Of a stretch of DNA of 64,000 nucleotides, positions 34,190 to 46,479 are shown in pieces. The DNA comes from Oculina patagonica (taxonomy: Eukaryota): contig NC_135758.1 of assembly GCF_052425735.1 (NCBI RefSeq), positions 30,690,001 through 30,754,000 of the forward strand, written 5' to 3'. Position numbers and translations under genes: made by a program. The stretch's first letter is position 1; every line of letters begins with the position of its first letter. Under the pieces are notes generated by a model that worked only from the letters and a program-made list of their open reading frames with translations, was not told the origin of the DNA and did not search any database.

Positions 34190-34530
34190 GAATCCTAGCA
34201 ATACAGATCTGGCTGCGAAAGCTTCAAGCCAGGTGGTCCAGGTGCTGTCCGAGTTTTCTTGCCCAGTTAAACCAATACACATTTGGGTTTTAAGCGACAA
34301 GGCCGAGCTCAAGATTGCCGTCGCGATAACGCTCATTATTTGCCCCGTTGCCATTCTTCTAAACATCTTAGTAATCACAGCATTAAAACTGAGAAGCGAG
34401 TTTAAAGAACACAAATCAAACAACAGTCATTCGAACATCAAATCGAATGGGCGCTGTCTTCATGCCGTTGGCAATCTGTTCAGATGTGTTTATTCTTACC
34501 AAGCGGTTTATGACACTGTTTGTTGGAGCT
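34190..34530 (+). pseudogene. GPCR subfamily A 5' fragment abutting the 3' end of subfamily B
   Basis: N-terminus, TM1 and scrambled TM2-3 of subfamily A, ending ~2 bp from the B stop codon. No ATG in this copy. Confidence 0.85.
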
Positions 34531-34531
34531 A

Positions 34532-35656
34532 TTATATACTATGGCGACGCTGCAAAGGTTTTCTGATCGAGCTCCAGTTCAGCTTTTGGATATAATTTTC
34601 AAGCTCAGACAAAATCTCATTGTTATCATTGTTAGTGTTGTTTACATTTGCTTGTTCCTCGGTTTGACGATCCCCTTCGTGTCCTTGTCCAGCTTCGATT
34701 TCGTCGGCTTCAGCAACGTTTGCAGTTCTACAAGTTAATTCAATAAACGCTACGCGAAACTGTCTCATTCTGACCGAGTAGATAAGTGGATTTAGGAAAG
34801 AGTTCAATATTGCCACCCACACGGCTGTCAGGCAATATGCATACAGTATTGCTAAAGATATGTTACCAAGATAGATTATTACTCTAACAACGCAAATAGG
34901 TATATAACAAAGGAATAGAACTGAAATAATGATAGCTGTCAGTTGAAAGATCTTTTTGTTTTTCAGAAATTTCTGCCTTGCCTCTTCTGTAACTTGCTGA
35001 GTTGAAATTTGCTTTTCGTGTCGGCGAACCTCACGGTAGACTGTGATTTGGCAAAAAACGATCATGGCAAAAGAGAGTCCAATAAAGGTGTTATTGATGA
35101 TAAAAAATACAGCCTTGTCAAAGAAAAGAGGAATGTGCAAAACAAGGAAAAATATCCACGCCAGAGCAGAAGCAATTAGTAAACGAGCTTCGGTTACAAT
35201 TCCGGTATTGTACGCGAAAGTGTGCTTCATGGCTAGATATCTGTCCCCGCCTATTAAAGCCAGGTGAAGAAGGGAAGTATCACACAGAACACTCGTAAAA
35301 AACTGCGAGATATTTTGCAATGCACACGATCCCGTCGTTGTCTCGTCGAGAACGATGGTTATCAGTGACGCTGCAAACAGGGGTTGAACAATCCCAGCTA
35401 CTAACAAATCGGTGGTGGCCAAACACCCAAGTAGTATGTTGGGCTTGTTGGCTCTCAGTCGGGACTTCGTTTTCACAGCTATTATCACCATCGTGTTCAA
35501 GGCAGCGGTAACAGGAAATGTGACGATGTTGATCACTGCGAGGGCGATAAGAAAGACTTTCGCTTCAGTGGCTGAAGGAGGAAGTGTGCCTCCTATCAAA
35601 GCGACGAATCCGCAATCTGGGGTTATCCTCCCGTGGTTTGACTGGCTTGCGTTCAT
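34532..35656 (-). CDS. Orphan class A GPCR, subfamily B copy 2 (374 aa)
   Basis: 7TM; LATTD, GDRY, CYIP, NSFLNPLIY; ends RRHSI. Confidence 0.93.
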   Translation of the reverse strand: MNASQSNHGRITPDCGFVALIGGTLPPSATEAKVFLIALAVINIVTFPVTAALNTMVIIAVKTKSRLRANKPNILLGCLATTDLLVAGIVQPLFAASLITIVLDETTTGSCALQNISQFFTSVLCDTSLLHLALIGGDRYLAMKHTFAYNTGIVTEARLLIASALAWIFFLVLHIPLFFDKAVFFIINNTFIGLSFAMIVFCQITVYREVRRHEKQISTQQVTEEARQKFLKNKKIFQLTAIIISVLFLCYIPICVVRVIIYLGNISLAILYAYCLTAVWVAILNSFLNPLIYSVRMRQFRVAFIELTCRTANVAEADEIEAGQGHEGDRQTEEQANVNNTNNDNNEILSELENYIQKLNWSSIRKPLQRRHSI

Positions 35657-36854
35657 CGCTTCTCCTTCTCAGTTGTTTTCTCGCTAAACCGGTTGAATTC
35701 AATGAACCTTTTCTCTTTCCTGTCTTGTCTCTTGTTCCGCAATAAATCTTGTTTATCTGGTATTTTTCCGGTATTGTGTTTATGTTTCGCTTTCTGTATT
35801 CGCTCTTTAGTTGTATTCACCGTTTTTACATGATAATTCTGCTTAACACTTTGTTTTTTGGGCCAGGAAGTAAGGCAACTTTATTTCGATAGATGCAATC
35901 CCTTTTTAATTCCAGTAAGAAAGAAATAAGAGGGATAACTAGACATAGCTTTCGCCTTTCAACCATATTTACATTTAACGGATCAACAATAAGGGCTGCT
36001 TCAATGTGCACGAGCTACATTAATTATGACGTCATCCAAAGGCTAATCAGAACTAACTGTAGTTAACTGCGTTGGTGTGACTGCAACGTCGACTGGAACC
36101 ACTAACTAGTATGACTTAATGTAACTTGAGACTAACCAGAGGTAAACTGTCCTTACGGCGTAGATGTGACCACGGCCAATGTCCGGCTCACTGAAATGTT
36201 TTGCAAGGTTACTGACTAGCACTGAAATTGAACAGTTCTCAACGAATTTTCTCTCAGTCGTAAAAATAGGAACGCCTGGAGGGATAGACAGAGATGATGG
36301 CTCTTCACAGACTCTTTTATATTCCTCGTGCTAGTCTAACCCCATTGCTTCTTTCCACGCTGTATCACGCATAGAGAAATTAGTATAAATCTTGCATTGC
36401 TTTGTTTCATGTTTTATGCTGCAAACGTATCATTAGAGAAACCGTTTCGCCATTCGATTTATTAGATATGAGGAGCCCATGGGCTCCTGTTATATTAGAT
36501 ATACATTTATGTACCTTTTTCTTTTTGAAGATAACAGATTTTGCCCAGGTTTTTAAACAAGATACAAAAGGTACTATTTTTTCTCTGTCCCCGCCTCCGT
36601 TCATTTGCATAACACAAAGTGCAGAATATTCCCGAAAAACTTGTCTGCTGAACATGTTCAATAAACAAGTTCGGCTTCACTCGTAGCAACGCCTCCGCTG
36701 GAAGACGTATGGTGGACAACTAGAGATATTAGATGATCATGAACACCAAAAACACCAAAGAAGATGACATTCAAGGCCAGACCTCTCACAATGAGAAAAT
36801 GAAAGTAACTGATTTATCAGTTTTTGTGTTGAAAGTAGTGATCCTGGCATCAAG

Positions 36855-38153
36855 ATGAACCCTAGCAATACAGATCTGGCTACGAACGCTTCAAGCCATG
36901 TGGTCCAGGTGCTGTCTGAGTTTTTTTGCCCATTTGAACCAGTACATATTTGGGTATTAAGCGAAAGAACTGCGTTTAAGATTGCGGCTGCCATAACACT
37001 CATGATTTGCCCTGTTGCCATTTTTCTAAACATCTTAGTAATCTTAGCAATAAAATTGAACAGAGAGTTAAAAGAACACAACTCAAACATTTTGTTGGCA
37101 AGCTTAGCTGTAGCGGATGTTTTAATAGGCGCTGTCTCCATGCCGTTGGCAATCTGTTTAGATGTGTTTATTCTCCTCAAGAGGTATATGACTCCGGGTA
37201 TTTTATGCAGAATAGCTTTCGTAAATGCTCTGACACTGTATATCGGGGGTTGCTCGTCTACGTATCATCTAGCTGTGATTGCTTGGGAGAGGTACGTGGC
37301 GATAACCAAGTCGACAGAATACAAAGTCATCGTTACCAGAGGCCGTGTCAAGAAGTATGCTAAAAGTGCGTGGCTTCTATGTTTGTTCATAACAATTCCA
37401 CCGCGTATAATGAAACTCGCTGGTGTCCAGTACAAATACCTTGTGGTCATCAACATGGTTGCCACTCTCCCTGCAGTTGTGTGCATAATACTAGTCGGCT
37501 ATTTCTACCTACGGGTTTACCTTTGTGTGTGCAAACGGAACATAAACTCATTTAGCGAAGTCCGTTCTCTCATCAAAGCCAAGCTCACCACCAAAGTCGC
37601 CAAAACGACTGCCATGCTGACAGCTGCCGTGTTAATTTCGTTCATTCCGTCGTCAGTTTACGTGTTATTCGGAGAGGCAAATCCCGCACTTCGTAGAAGT
37701 TCGTATTTCCGATGGTCGATGATTATGGTTCACCTCAACTCTGTTATCAACCCTGTTCTTTATTGCTACAGGGACCGCCGCTATAGAAACGCGATGCTAG
37801 AGATGATAACGACGAAGAAAACTACAGCCGGCGCAAAGAAGATCGTCAGACGAATAGGATCTGCCCAGTCAGTGGAAGATGTCCCGGAGATTAACAGCAC
37901 ACCAAGATCACGGATTCGAAGCTGCGGCTCGATTACAAACCTTGAAGACACTCATCAGTGGAGGACTCATGGAGAAGTGAAGCGAGGAAGACGTACGTCA
38001 GCTCCATCAGATAAAACAAACAGAATGATATGTGTCGATATTCATCAACCCAAGATGATCGCAACCAAACCAGTAATACAAGTTAAAAGCGATGTAACAA
38101 GAAAAGGAACCCGAAGTCATCACGAAGACACCAGCGATAAGTCTCTTGCTTGA
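36855..38153 (+). CDS. Orphan class A GPCR, subfamily A copy 4 (432 aa, tail truncated by TCA>TGA)
   Basis: 7TM motifs intact. Confidence 0.9.
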   Translation: MNPSNTDLATNASSHVVQVLSEFFCPFEPVHIWVLSERTAFKIAAAITLMICPVAIFLNILVILAIKLNRELKEHNSNILLASLAVADVLIGAVSMPLAICLDVFILLKRYMTPGILCRIAFVNALTLYIGGCSSTYHLAVIAWERYVAITKSTEYKVIVTRGRVKKYAKSAWLLCLFITIPPRIMKLAGVQYKYLVVINMVATLPAVVCIILVGYFYLRVYLCVCKRNINSFSEVRSLIKAKLTTKVAKTTAMLTAAVLISFIPSSVYVLFGEANPALRRSSYFRWSMIMVHLNSVINPVLYCYRDRRYRNAMLEMITTKKTTAGAKKIVRRIGSAQSVEDVPEINSTPRSRIRSCGSITNLEDTHQWRTHGEVKRGRRTSAPSDKTNRMICVDIHQPKMIATKPVIQVKSDVTRKGTRSHHEDTSDKSLA

Positions 38154-39508
38154 AAGATCCAGGCGGGCCTTGAAGGTTCCCGACACCATTACCGCAAAAT
38201 GGGACGATCAAAGTCCTTGGATGAACGTGCGTTAGTTGAGATGATCGGTAGCCAGCACAATTCTTGGCAGGAAGCAATACGAAGACCAAAGACAGCGCCA
38301 TCAGAGGTAAGAAACAAGAAAATGGCAGAACTTTGACTGACTGGTTTTACAGCAATCAAGGTTAAAAGCGGCGTGACAAGAAATGGAAGGCGAAGTCATG
38401 TTGAGGATACCAACGATCAACTTCAAACCTCAAGATTCCATTCACCACTTCAACCTTAATCCTTAAACCCTCAACCTAAAGGACCTAAAGGTTCCCGGCA
38501 CCATTACCGTGAAATGATGAGATCAAAGTCCTTGGATGACCGAGCGTTAGTCAGGAAGACCGGAAAGCATTTAAATCTTCGACAGGAAGTGTTACGAAGA
38601 CCGAAGATAGTGCCATCCAAATTTTAACGCTGCGTAACACGAAAAGGAAGCCAAGGTTACCTCGAAGACACCAGCGACCAGCCTCAAACCCTAAGTTTCC
38701 AGGCATTACTTCATCCTCAGTCCTCAAGCCTTCAACCTGAATGTTCCTGGCAACATTACCGTAAACTGACCAGATCAAAGTCCATGGATGAACATACGTT
38801 ATTTGAGATGATTAGCAGCCAGCAAAAATGTCAGCAGGAGGCGATACGAAGACCGAGGTCATCGCTGCAAGCGTCAGCAAGAAATGGCCAGGAGCTTGCT
38901 TTAAGCTTCCTTTATTATCTTAAAATCAGAAGAAATCATCGCCAAAAATGTGTATAAACAAATAAATATAAACTAAACAGACAAAATAACGGCTAGAAAG
39001 GTTAAACTGTCACAAGAATGGCAATTTTTATTTCTTGACATCCTGTCAATAAATCATTCAAATTTCATAAACTAAACCATTTTAATTCTTGCAATCCTGT
39101 ACTTTATCTCGAAACTACTGCTTCTATTTTACTCTATAGAATCTCTTTGTCCAACTAAGCTGTATATTTGGTGGCATTTGGCGATATAACGTGGAAATAA
39201 GCTGGTTGAAATTTCGCTATTCCAGCAGGACAGTGTCCCTAATTGTGTCCCTTTAACCGTGACCATTCTACACCTGTTTTTCGGATACTTGTAAATATCG
39301 GAAGCCTAGTAAGTAACCATAAACAGACGCTAATGAATTTATAAAGCGGTATACCTAATGGTCTCGCAAATATATATATCCATTGTGTTTGGCTTAAGAG
39401 TCAGAAGTATCTCTGATCCATAATAAAAGGAGAATTCTGATTTGTTCCCTGAGCGGTCCAAATTTTCCAGTACGGACCTACTGTAAATGATAATGGACAG
39501 CTCAGGAA

Positions 39509-39716
39509 TAGGCCATTTCCGATATATTAAAATTCTAACTTGGCTCCGAGGCTTGGGGGAATATAACAAAAGATATCACGTTGAGGTTCAGGAATGAATA
39601 AATCATTTCTTTTGTTTTATTCCCCCAAGCCTCGAAGCGAAGTTAGAGTAAGAGTAAGAAAAGTAAGAAAACTTTATTTATCCACGGAATCACGTTCATC
39701 AGTTAATGGTCTTCCA
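39509..39716. mobile_element. Left part of a MITE plus LINE 3' tail, cut by the duplication junction
   Basis: Near-identical to 49142-49349. Confidence 0.8.
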
Positions 39717-39831
39717 TGAACACCAAAAACACCAAAGAAGATGACATTCAAGGCCAGACCTCTCACAATGAGAAAATGAAAGTAACTGATTTATCAGTTT
39801 TTGTATTGAAAGTAGTGATCCTGGCATCAAG

Positions 39832-41004
39832 ATGAGCCCTAGCAATACAGATCTAGCTGCGAACGCTTCAAGCCAGGTGGTCCAGGTGCTATCCGAGTTT
39901 TTTTGCCCAGTTGAACCAATACATATTTGGGTATTAAGCGAAAGAACCGCGTTCAAGATTGCGGCCGCCATAACACTCATAATTTGCCCTGTTGCCATTC
40001 TTCTAAACATCTTAGTAATCTTAGCAATAAAATTAAGAAGAGAGTTAAAAGAACACAACTCGAACATTCTGTTAGCAAGCTTAGCTATAGCGGATGTTCT
40101 TATAGACGCTGTCTCCATGCCGTTGGCAATCTGTTTAGATGTGTTTATTCTCCTCAAGAGGTATATGACTCCGGGTATTTTATGCAGAATAGCTTTCGTA
40201 AATGCTCTGACACTGTATATCGGGGGTTGCTCGTCTACGTATCATCTAGCTGTGATTGCTTGGGAGAGGTACGTGGCGATAACCAAGTCGACAGAATACA
40301 AAGTCATCGTTACCAGAGGCCGTGTCAAGAAGTATGCTAAAAGTGCGTGGCTTCTATGTTTGTTCATAACAATTCCACCGCGTATAATGAAACTCGCTGG
40401 TGTCCAGTACAAATACCTTGTGGTCATCAACGTGGTTGCTTCTCTCCCTGGGGTTGGGTGCATAATACTAGTCGGCTATTTCTACTTACGGGTTTACCTT
40501 TGTGTGCGCAAACGGAAGATTAACTCATTTAGCGAAGTCCGTTCTCTCATCAAAGCCAAGCTTGCCACGCAAGTCGCCAAAACGACTGCCATGCTGACAG
40601 CTGCCGTGTTAATTTCGTTTATTCCGTCGTCAGTCCTCGTGTTCTTCGGAGAGGCAAATCCCACACTTCGTAGAAGTTCGTATTTCCGTTGGTCGATGAT
40701 GATGCTTCACCTCAACTCTGTTATCAACCCTGTTCTTTATTGCTACAGGGACCGCTGTTATAGAAACGCGATGCTAGAGATGATAACGACGAAGAAGACT
40801 ACAGCCGGCGCAAAGAAGATCTTCAGACGAATAGGATCTGCCCAGTCAGTGGAAGATGTCCCGGAGATCAACCGCATACCAAGATTACGGATTCGAAGCT
40901 GCGGCTCGATTACAAACCTTGAAGACACTGATCAGCGGAGGACTCATGGGGAAATGAAGGAGGAAGACGTACGTCAGCTCCATCAGATAAAACAAACAGA
41001 ATGA
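39832..41004 (+). CDS. Orphan class A GPCR, subfamily A copy 5 (390 aa; 1-bp deletion at ~40959 in the tail)
   Basis: Duplicate of 30204. 7TM intact. The remainder of the tail continues in ORFs 41001-41336 and 41382-41840. Confidence 0.87.
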   Translation: MSPSNTDLAANASSQVVQVLSEFFCPVEPIHIWVLSERTAFKIAAAITLIICPVAILLNILVILAIKLRRELKEHNSNILLASLAIADVLIDAVSMPLAICLDVFILLKRYMTPGILCRIAFVNALTLYIGGCSSTYHLAVIAWERYVAITKSTEYKVIVTRGRVKKYAKSAWLLCLFITIPPRIMKLAGVQYKYLVVINVVASLPGVGCIILVGYFYLRVYLCVRKRKINSFSEVRSLIKAKLATQVAKTTAMLTAAVLISFIPSSVLVFFGEANPTLRRSSYFRWSMMMLHLNSVINPVLYCYRDRCYRNAMLEMITTKKTTAGAKKIFRRIGSAQSVEDVPEINRIPRLRIRSCGSITNLEDTDQRRTHGEMKEEDVRQLHQIKQTE

Positions 41005-43816
41005 TATGTGTCGATATTCATCAACCTAAGATGATCGCCAAACCAGTAATACGAGTTAAAAGCGACGTGATAAGAAAAAGAACCCGAAGTCATCACGAAG
41101 ACGCCAGCGATAAGCCTCGTGCTTCAAAGATCCAGGCATCACTTCAGCCTCGCGCTTCGGGCCTTCCACCTGAAGGTTCCCGACACCATCACCGCAAAAT
41201 GGGACAATCAAAGTCCTTGGATGAACGTACGTTATTTGAGATGATCGGTAGCCAGCACAAATCTTGTAAGGAAGCAATACAAAGACCAAAGACAGCGCCA
41301 TCAGAGGAAAGAAACAAGAAAATGGCAGAACTTTAACTGACTGGTTTTACAAGAAAACCAGCAATCAAGGTTAAAAGCGGTGTGACTAGAAATGGAAGGA
41401 GCAGTCATGTTGAAGACACTAACGATCAACTTCGAGCCTTAAGATTCCATTCACCACTTCAACCTCAATCCTTAAGCCCTCAACCTAAAGGACCTAAAGG
41501 TTCCCGGCACCATTACCGTGAAATGATGAAATCAAAGTCCTTGGATGAGCGAGCGTTAGTCAGGAAGACTGGAAAGCATTTAAACCAGCCTCAAACCCTG
41601 AGTTTCCAGGAATTACTTCATCCTCAGCCCTCAAGCCTTCAACCTGAATGTTCCTGGCAACATTACCGTAAACTGACCAGATCAAAGTCCATGAATGAAC
41701 ATACGTTATTTGAGATGATTATCAGCCAGCAAAAATGCCAGCCAGAGGTGATACGAAGACCGAGGTCATCGCTGCAAACGTCAGCAAGAAATAACATAAT
41801 GCAAAAACGTGAACTGACAGGTTTTACAACGAGGTGTTAAGGATTGCCAGGCAATGTTTGAAGTGAACATTCTAAAATGTCAGAATTATTTAACTATTTA
41901 ATTTAACTGAACTCATGTAGAATGGTTTTCCATTGACATTTGACATCAGTCACGTGTTGTTTTGCTTTCGTGTTATCTCACGCTATTTTCCCTGCGCTTG
42001 ACGTCAGCTGTAGAACTTTTTGCTTCGAGTTCTGATAGACTTACCGTTATCTGCGTTTGTTGTGATTGGCCAATTGTGATTACGTTGGTTTTATTTTCAG
42101 AATACTCATATGCATTGAAAAACCGCTCTGGAACACCAAGTCTTGTTCCCTTGCCTCATATTAAAGGAACACTGTCCCGGCTGAAATATTGTGTTTTCGT
42201 GATTATGGCCAGGAGCTTGCTTTAAGCTTCCTTTATTATCTTAAAATCAGAAGAAATCATCGCCGAAAATGTTAAAAAAAATCAATATAAACTAGACAGA
42301 CAAAATAACGGCTAGAAAGGTCAAACTGTCACAAGAATGGCAAGTTTGATTTCTTGACATCCTGTCAATAAATCATTTAAACTTCATAAACTGTAAACCA
42401 TTTCAATTCTTGCAATCCTGTACTTTATCTCGAAACTACTGCTTCTATTTTACTCTATAGAATCTTTTTGTCCAACTAAGCTGCATATTTGGTGGCATTT
42501 GGCGATATAACGTGGAAATAAGCTGATTGAAATTCTATTCCTGCAGGACAGTGTCTCTAATTATGTCCCTTTAACTATTCTACACCTGTTTTTCAGATAC
42601 TTGTAAATATCGGTAGCCTAGTTTGCCTAAGAGTCAGAAGTATCTCTGGTAAAAAATAAAAGGAGAATTCTGATTTGTTCCCTGAGCGATCCAAATTTTC
42701 CAGTACGGACCTACTGTATATGATAATAGACAGCTCAGGAATTAGTCCCGCCAATTTACTTATTTAACTGATACCACGAAAGAAAACTGTTTTCTAAGAA
42801 GAAAACTTAGTTTAGATATGTCTGGTCAACCATATTGGTAACGTTTTTTTTCTTATTTCCCCATAAGAACCAAACATGCTTGTTAAATAACACGAATATA
42901 ATTGACTACGTAAACCCAACGCCCAAGTCCAACCAGAAACAAGAACAATCATGCACGGTTCATATTTTCCATAAAACGAAAAAAAATCTCTTATTTGTGG
43001 ATCTAATAACAGTCATTTTTCTACGAAATCGTTACAAAGAAAAGTTAAGATTTTAAGGAAAGATATACCTGTTATCTTATGCATTTTTAACTGTGTTGAT
43101 TGCAGTTACGATGAAACAATTCTAAAAGTTAACCAAGGGCAAAATAATAGAGGATTTGTTTTCGTATTTTAATTCGATCTGTTGATTCATTCCTTTCTCT
43201 CTGAATTGATTTTCTTTTCAGAGCGACTGTTTTTGGCAAACAATGTTGCTGTTCGTCATTCGTAATCGAAGATAACCAAAGACATCTTGTTTGTTGATAA
43301 ATTGCTACGGTGTGTCCGGAGGTGGCTGAAACAAACAATAGATCCGCAATGAGTACATATTAGAAGCACGATCGTGATCAGCGGCCTAAAAAAGGTATTG
43401 AAAATGAACTGAAACGGATAATGCGCGGTAAGTCTTCACGGGAGTAAATAGTGGAAACGATAATAACACGCCCACGCTAAGGTTGTGTGTCTTTTTCCTT
43501 TTGAAGATAACAGATTTTGCCCAGGTTTTTAAACAAAATACATAAGGTACTATTATTCCCCGTCCCCGCTGCCGATCATTTGCATAACACAAAGTGCAGA
43601 ATATTCTCGAACAACTTGACTGCTAAAAATGTTCAATAAACAAGTTCAGCTTTACTCGTAGGAACGCCTATACTGGAAGAAGTATGGTGGACATCAAATG
43701 ACATCAGATGATCATGAACACGAAAGGAGACGGAAATCACGGTCAGACCTCTCATAGTGAGTAGTTGAACGTTATTTATCAGTTCTTGTGTTGAACGTCG
43801 TGATCCTCAAGATTCG

Positions 43817-44157
43817 GAATCCTAGCAATACAGATCTGGCTGCGAACGCTTCAAGCCAGGTGGTCCAGGTGCTGTCTGAGTTTTCTTGCCCAGTTAAACC
43901 AATACACATTTGGGTTTTAAGCGACAAGGCCGAGCTCAAGATTGCCGTCGGGATAACGCTCATTATTTGCCCCGTTGCCATTCTTCTAAACATCTTAGTA
44001 ATCACAGCATTAAAACTGAGAAGCGAGTTAAAAGAACACAAATCGAACAACAGTCATTCGAACATCAAATCGAATGGGCGCTGTCTTCATGCCGTTGGCA
44101 ATCTGTTCAGATGTGTTTATTCTTACCAAGCGGTTTATGACACTGTTTGTTGGAGCT
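43817..44157 (+). pseudogene. GPCR subfamily A 5' fragment
   Basis: Duplicate of 34190-34530. Confidence 0.85.
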
Positions 44158-44158
44158 A

Positions 44159-45283
44159 TTATATACTATGGCGACGCTGCAAAGGTTTTCTGATCGAGCT
44201 CCAGTTCAGCTTTTGGACATAATTTTCAAGCTCAGACAAAATCTCATTGTTATCATTGTTAGTGTTGTTTACATTTGCTTGTTCCTCGGTTTGACGATCC
44301 CCTTCGTGTCCTTGTCCAGCTTCGATTTCGTCGGCGTCAGCAACGTTTGCAGTTCTACAAGTTAATTCAATAAACGCTACGCGAAACTGTCTCATTCTGA
44401 CCGAGTAGATAAGTGGATTTAGGAAAGAGTTCAATATTGCCACCCACACGGCTGTCAGGCAACATGCATACAGTATTGCTAAAGATATGTTACCAAGATA
44501 GATTATTACTCTAACAACGCAAATAGGTATATAACAAAGGAATAGAACTGAAATAATGATAGCTGTCAGTTGAAAGATCTTTTTGTTTTTCAGAAATTTC
44601 TGCCTTGCCTCTTCTGTAACTTGCTGAGTTGAAATTTGCTTTTCGTGTCGGCGAACCTCACGGTAGACTGTGATTTGGCAAAAAACGATCATGGCAAAAG
44701 AGAGTCCAATAAAGGTGTTATTGATGATAAAAAATACAGCCTTGTCAAAGAAAAGAGGAATGTGCAAAACAAGGGAAAATATCCACGCCAGAGCAGAAGC
44801 AATTAGTAAACGAGCTTCGGTTACAATTCCGGTATTGTACGCGAAAGTGTGCTTCATGGCTAGATATCTGTCCCCGCCTATTAAAGCCAGGTGAAGAAGG
44901 GAAGTATCACACAGAACACTCGTAAAAAACTGCGAGATATTTTGCAATGCACACGATCCCGTCGTTGTCTCGTCGAGAACGATGGTTATCAGTGACGCTG
45001 CAAACAGGGGTTGAACAATCCCAGCTACTAACAAATCGGTGGTGGCCAAACACCCAAGTAGTATGTTGGGCTTGTTGGCTCTCAGTCGGGACTTCGTTTT
45101 CACAGCTATTATCACCATCGTGTTCAAGGCAGCGGTAACAGGAAATGTGACGATGTTGATCACTGCGAGGGCGATAAGAAAGACTTTCGCTTCAGTGGCT
45201 GAAGGAGGAAGTGTGCCTCCTATCAAAGCGACGAATCCGCGATCTGGGGTTATCCTCCCGTGGTTTGACTGGCTTGCGTTCAT
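44159..45283 (-). CDS. Orphan class A GPCR, subfamily B copy 3 (374 aa)
   Basis: Near-identical to 34532-35656. Confidence 0.93.
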   Translation of the reverse strand: MNASQSNHGRITPDRGFVALIGGTLPPSATEAKVFLIALAVINIVTFPVTAALNTMVIIAVKTKSRLRANKPNILLGCLATTDLLVAGIVQPLFAASLITIVLDETTTGSCALQNISQFFTSVLCDTSLLHLALIGGDRYLAMKHTFAYNTGIVTEARLLIASALAWIFSLVLHIPLFFDKAVFFIINNTFIGLSFAMIVFCQITVYREVRRHEKQISTQQVTEEARQKFLKNKKIFQLTAIIISVLFLCYIPICVVRVIIYLGNISLAILYACCLTAVWVAILNSFLNPLIYSVRMRQFRVAFIELTCRTANVADADEIEAGQGHEGDRQTEEQANVNNTNNDNNEILSELENYVQKLNWSSIRKPLQRRHSI

Positions 45284-46479
45284 CGCTTCTCCTTCTCAGT
45301 TGTTTTCTCGCTAAACCGGTTGAATTCAATGAACCTTTTCTCTTTCCTGTCTTGTCTCTTGTTCCGCAATAAATCTTGTTTATCTGGTATTTTTCCGGTA
45401 TTGTGTTTTTGTTTCGCTTTCTGTATTCGCTCTTTAGTTGTATTCACCGTTTTTACATGATAATTCTGCTTAACACTTTGTTTTTTGGGCCAGGAAGTAA
45501 GGCAACTTTATTTCGATAGATGCAATCCCTTTTTAATTCCAGTAAGAAAGAAATAAGAGGGATAACTAGACATAGCTTTCGCCTTTCAACCATATTTACA
45601 TTTAACGGATCAACAATAAGGGCTGCTTCAATGTGCACGAGCTACTTTAATTATGACGTCATCCAAAGGCTAATCAGAACTAACTGTAGTTAACTGCGTT
45701 GGTGTGACTGCAACGTCGACTGGAACCACTAACTAGTATGACTTAATGTAACTTGAGACTAACCAGAGGTAAACTGTCCTTACGGCGTAGATGTGACCAC
45801 GGCCAATGTCCGGCTCACTGAAATGTTTTGCAAGGTTACTGACTAGCACTGAAATTGAACAGTTCTCAACGAATTTTCTCTCAGTCGTAAAAATAGGAAC
45901 GCCTGGAGGGATAGACAGAGATGATGGCTCTTCACAGACTCTTTTATATTCCTCGTGCTAGTCTAACCCCATTGCTTCTTTCCACGCTGTATCACGCATA
46001 GAGAAATTAGTATAAATCTTGCATTGCTTTGTTTCATGTTTTATGCTGCAAACGTATCATTAGAGAAACCGTTTCGCCATTCGATTTATTAGATATGAGG
46101 AGCCCATGGGCTCCTGTTATATTAGATATACATTTATACCTTTTTCTTTTTGAAGATAACAGATTTTGCCCAGGTTTTTAAACAAGATACAAAAGGTACT
46201 ATTTTTTCTCTGTCCCCGCTTCCGTTCATTTGCATAACACAAAGTGCAGAATATTCCCGAAAAACTTGTCTGCTGAACATGTTCAATAAACAAGTTCGGC
46301 TTCACTCGTAGCAACGCCTCCGCTGGAAGAAGTATGGTGGACAACTAGAGATATTAGATGATCATGAACACCAAAAACACCAAAGAAGATGACATTCAAG
46401 GCCAGACCTCTCACAATGAGAAAATGAAAGTAACTGATTTATCAGTTTTTGTGTTGAAAGTAGTGATCCTGGCATCAAG

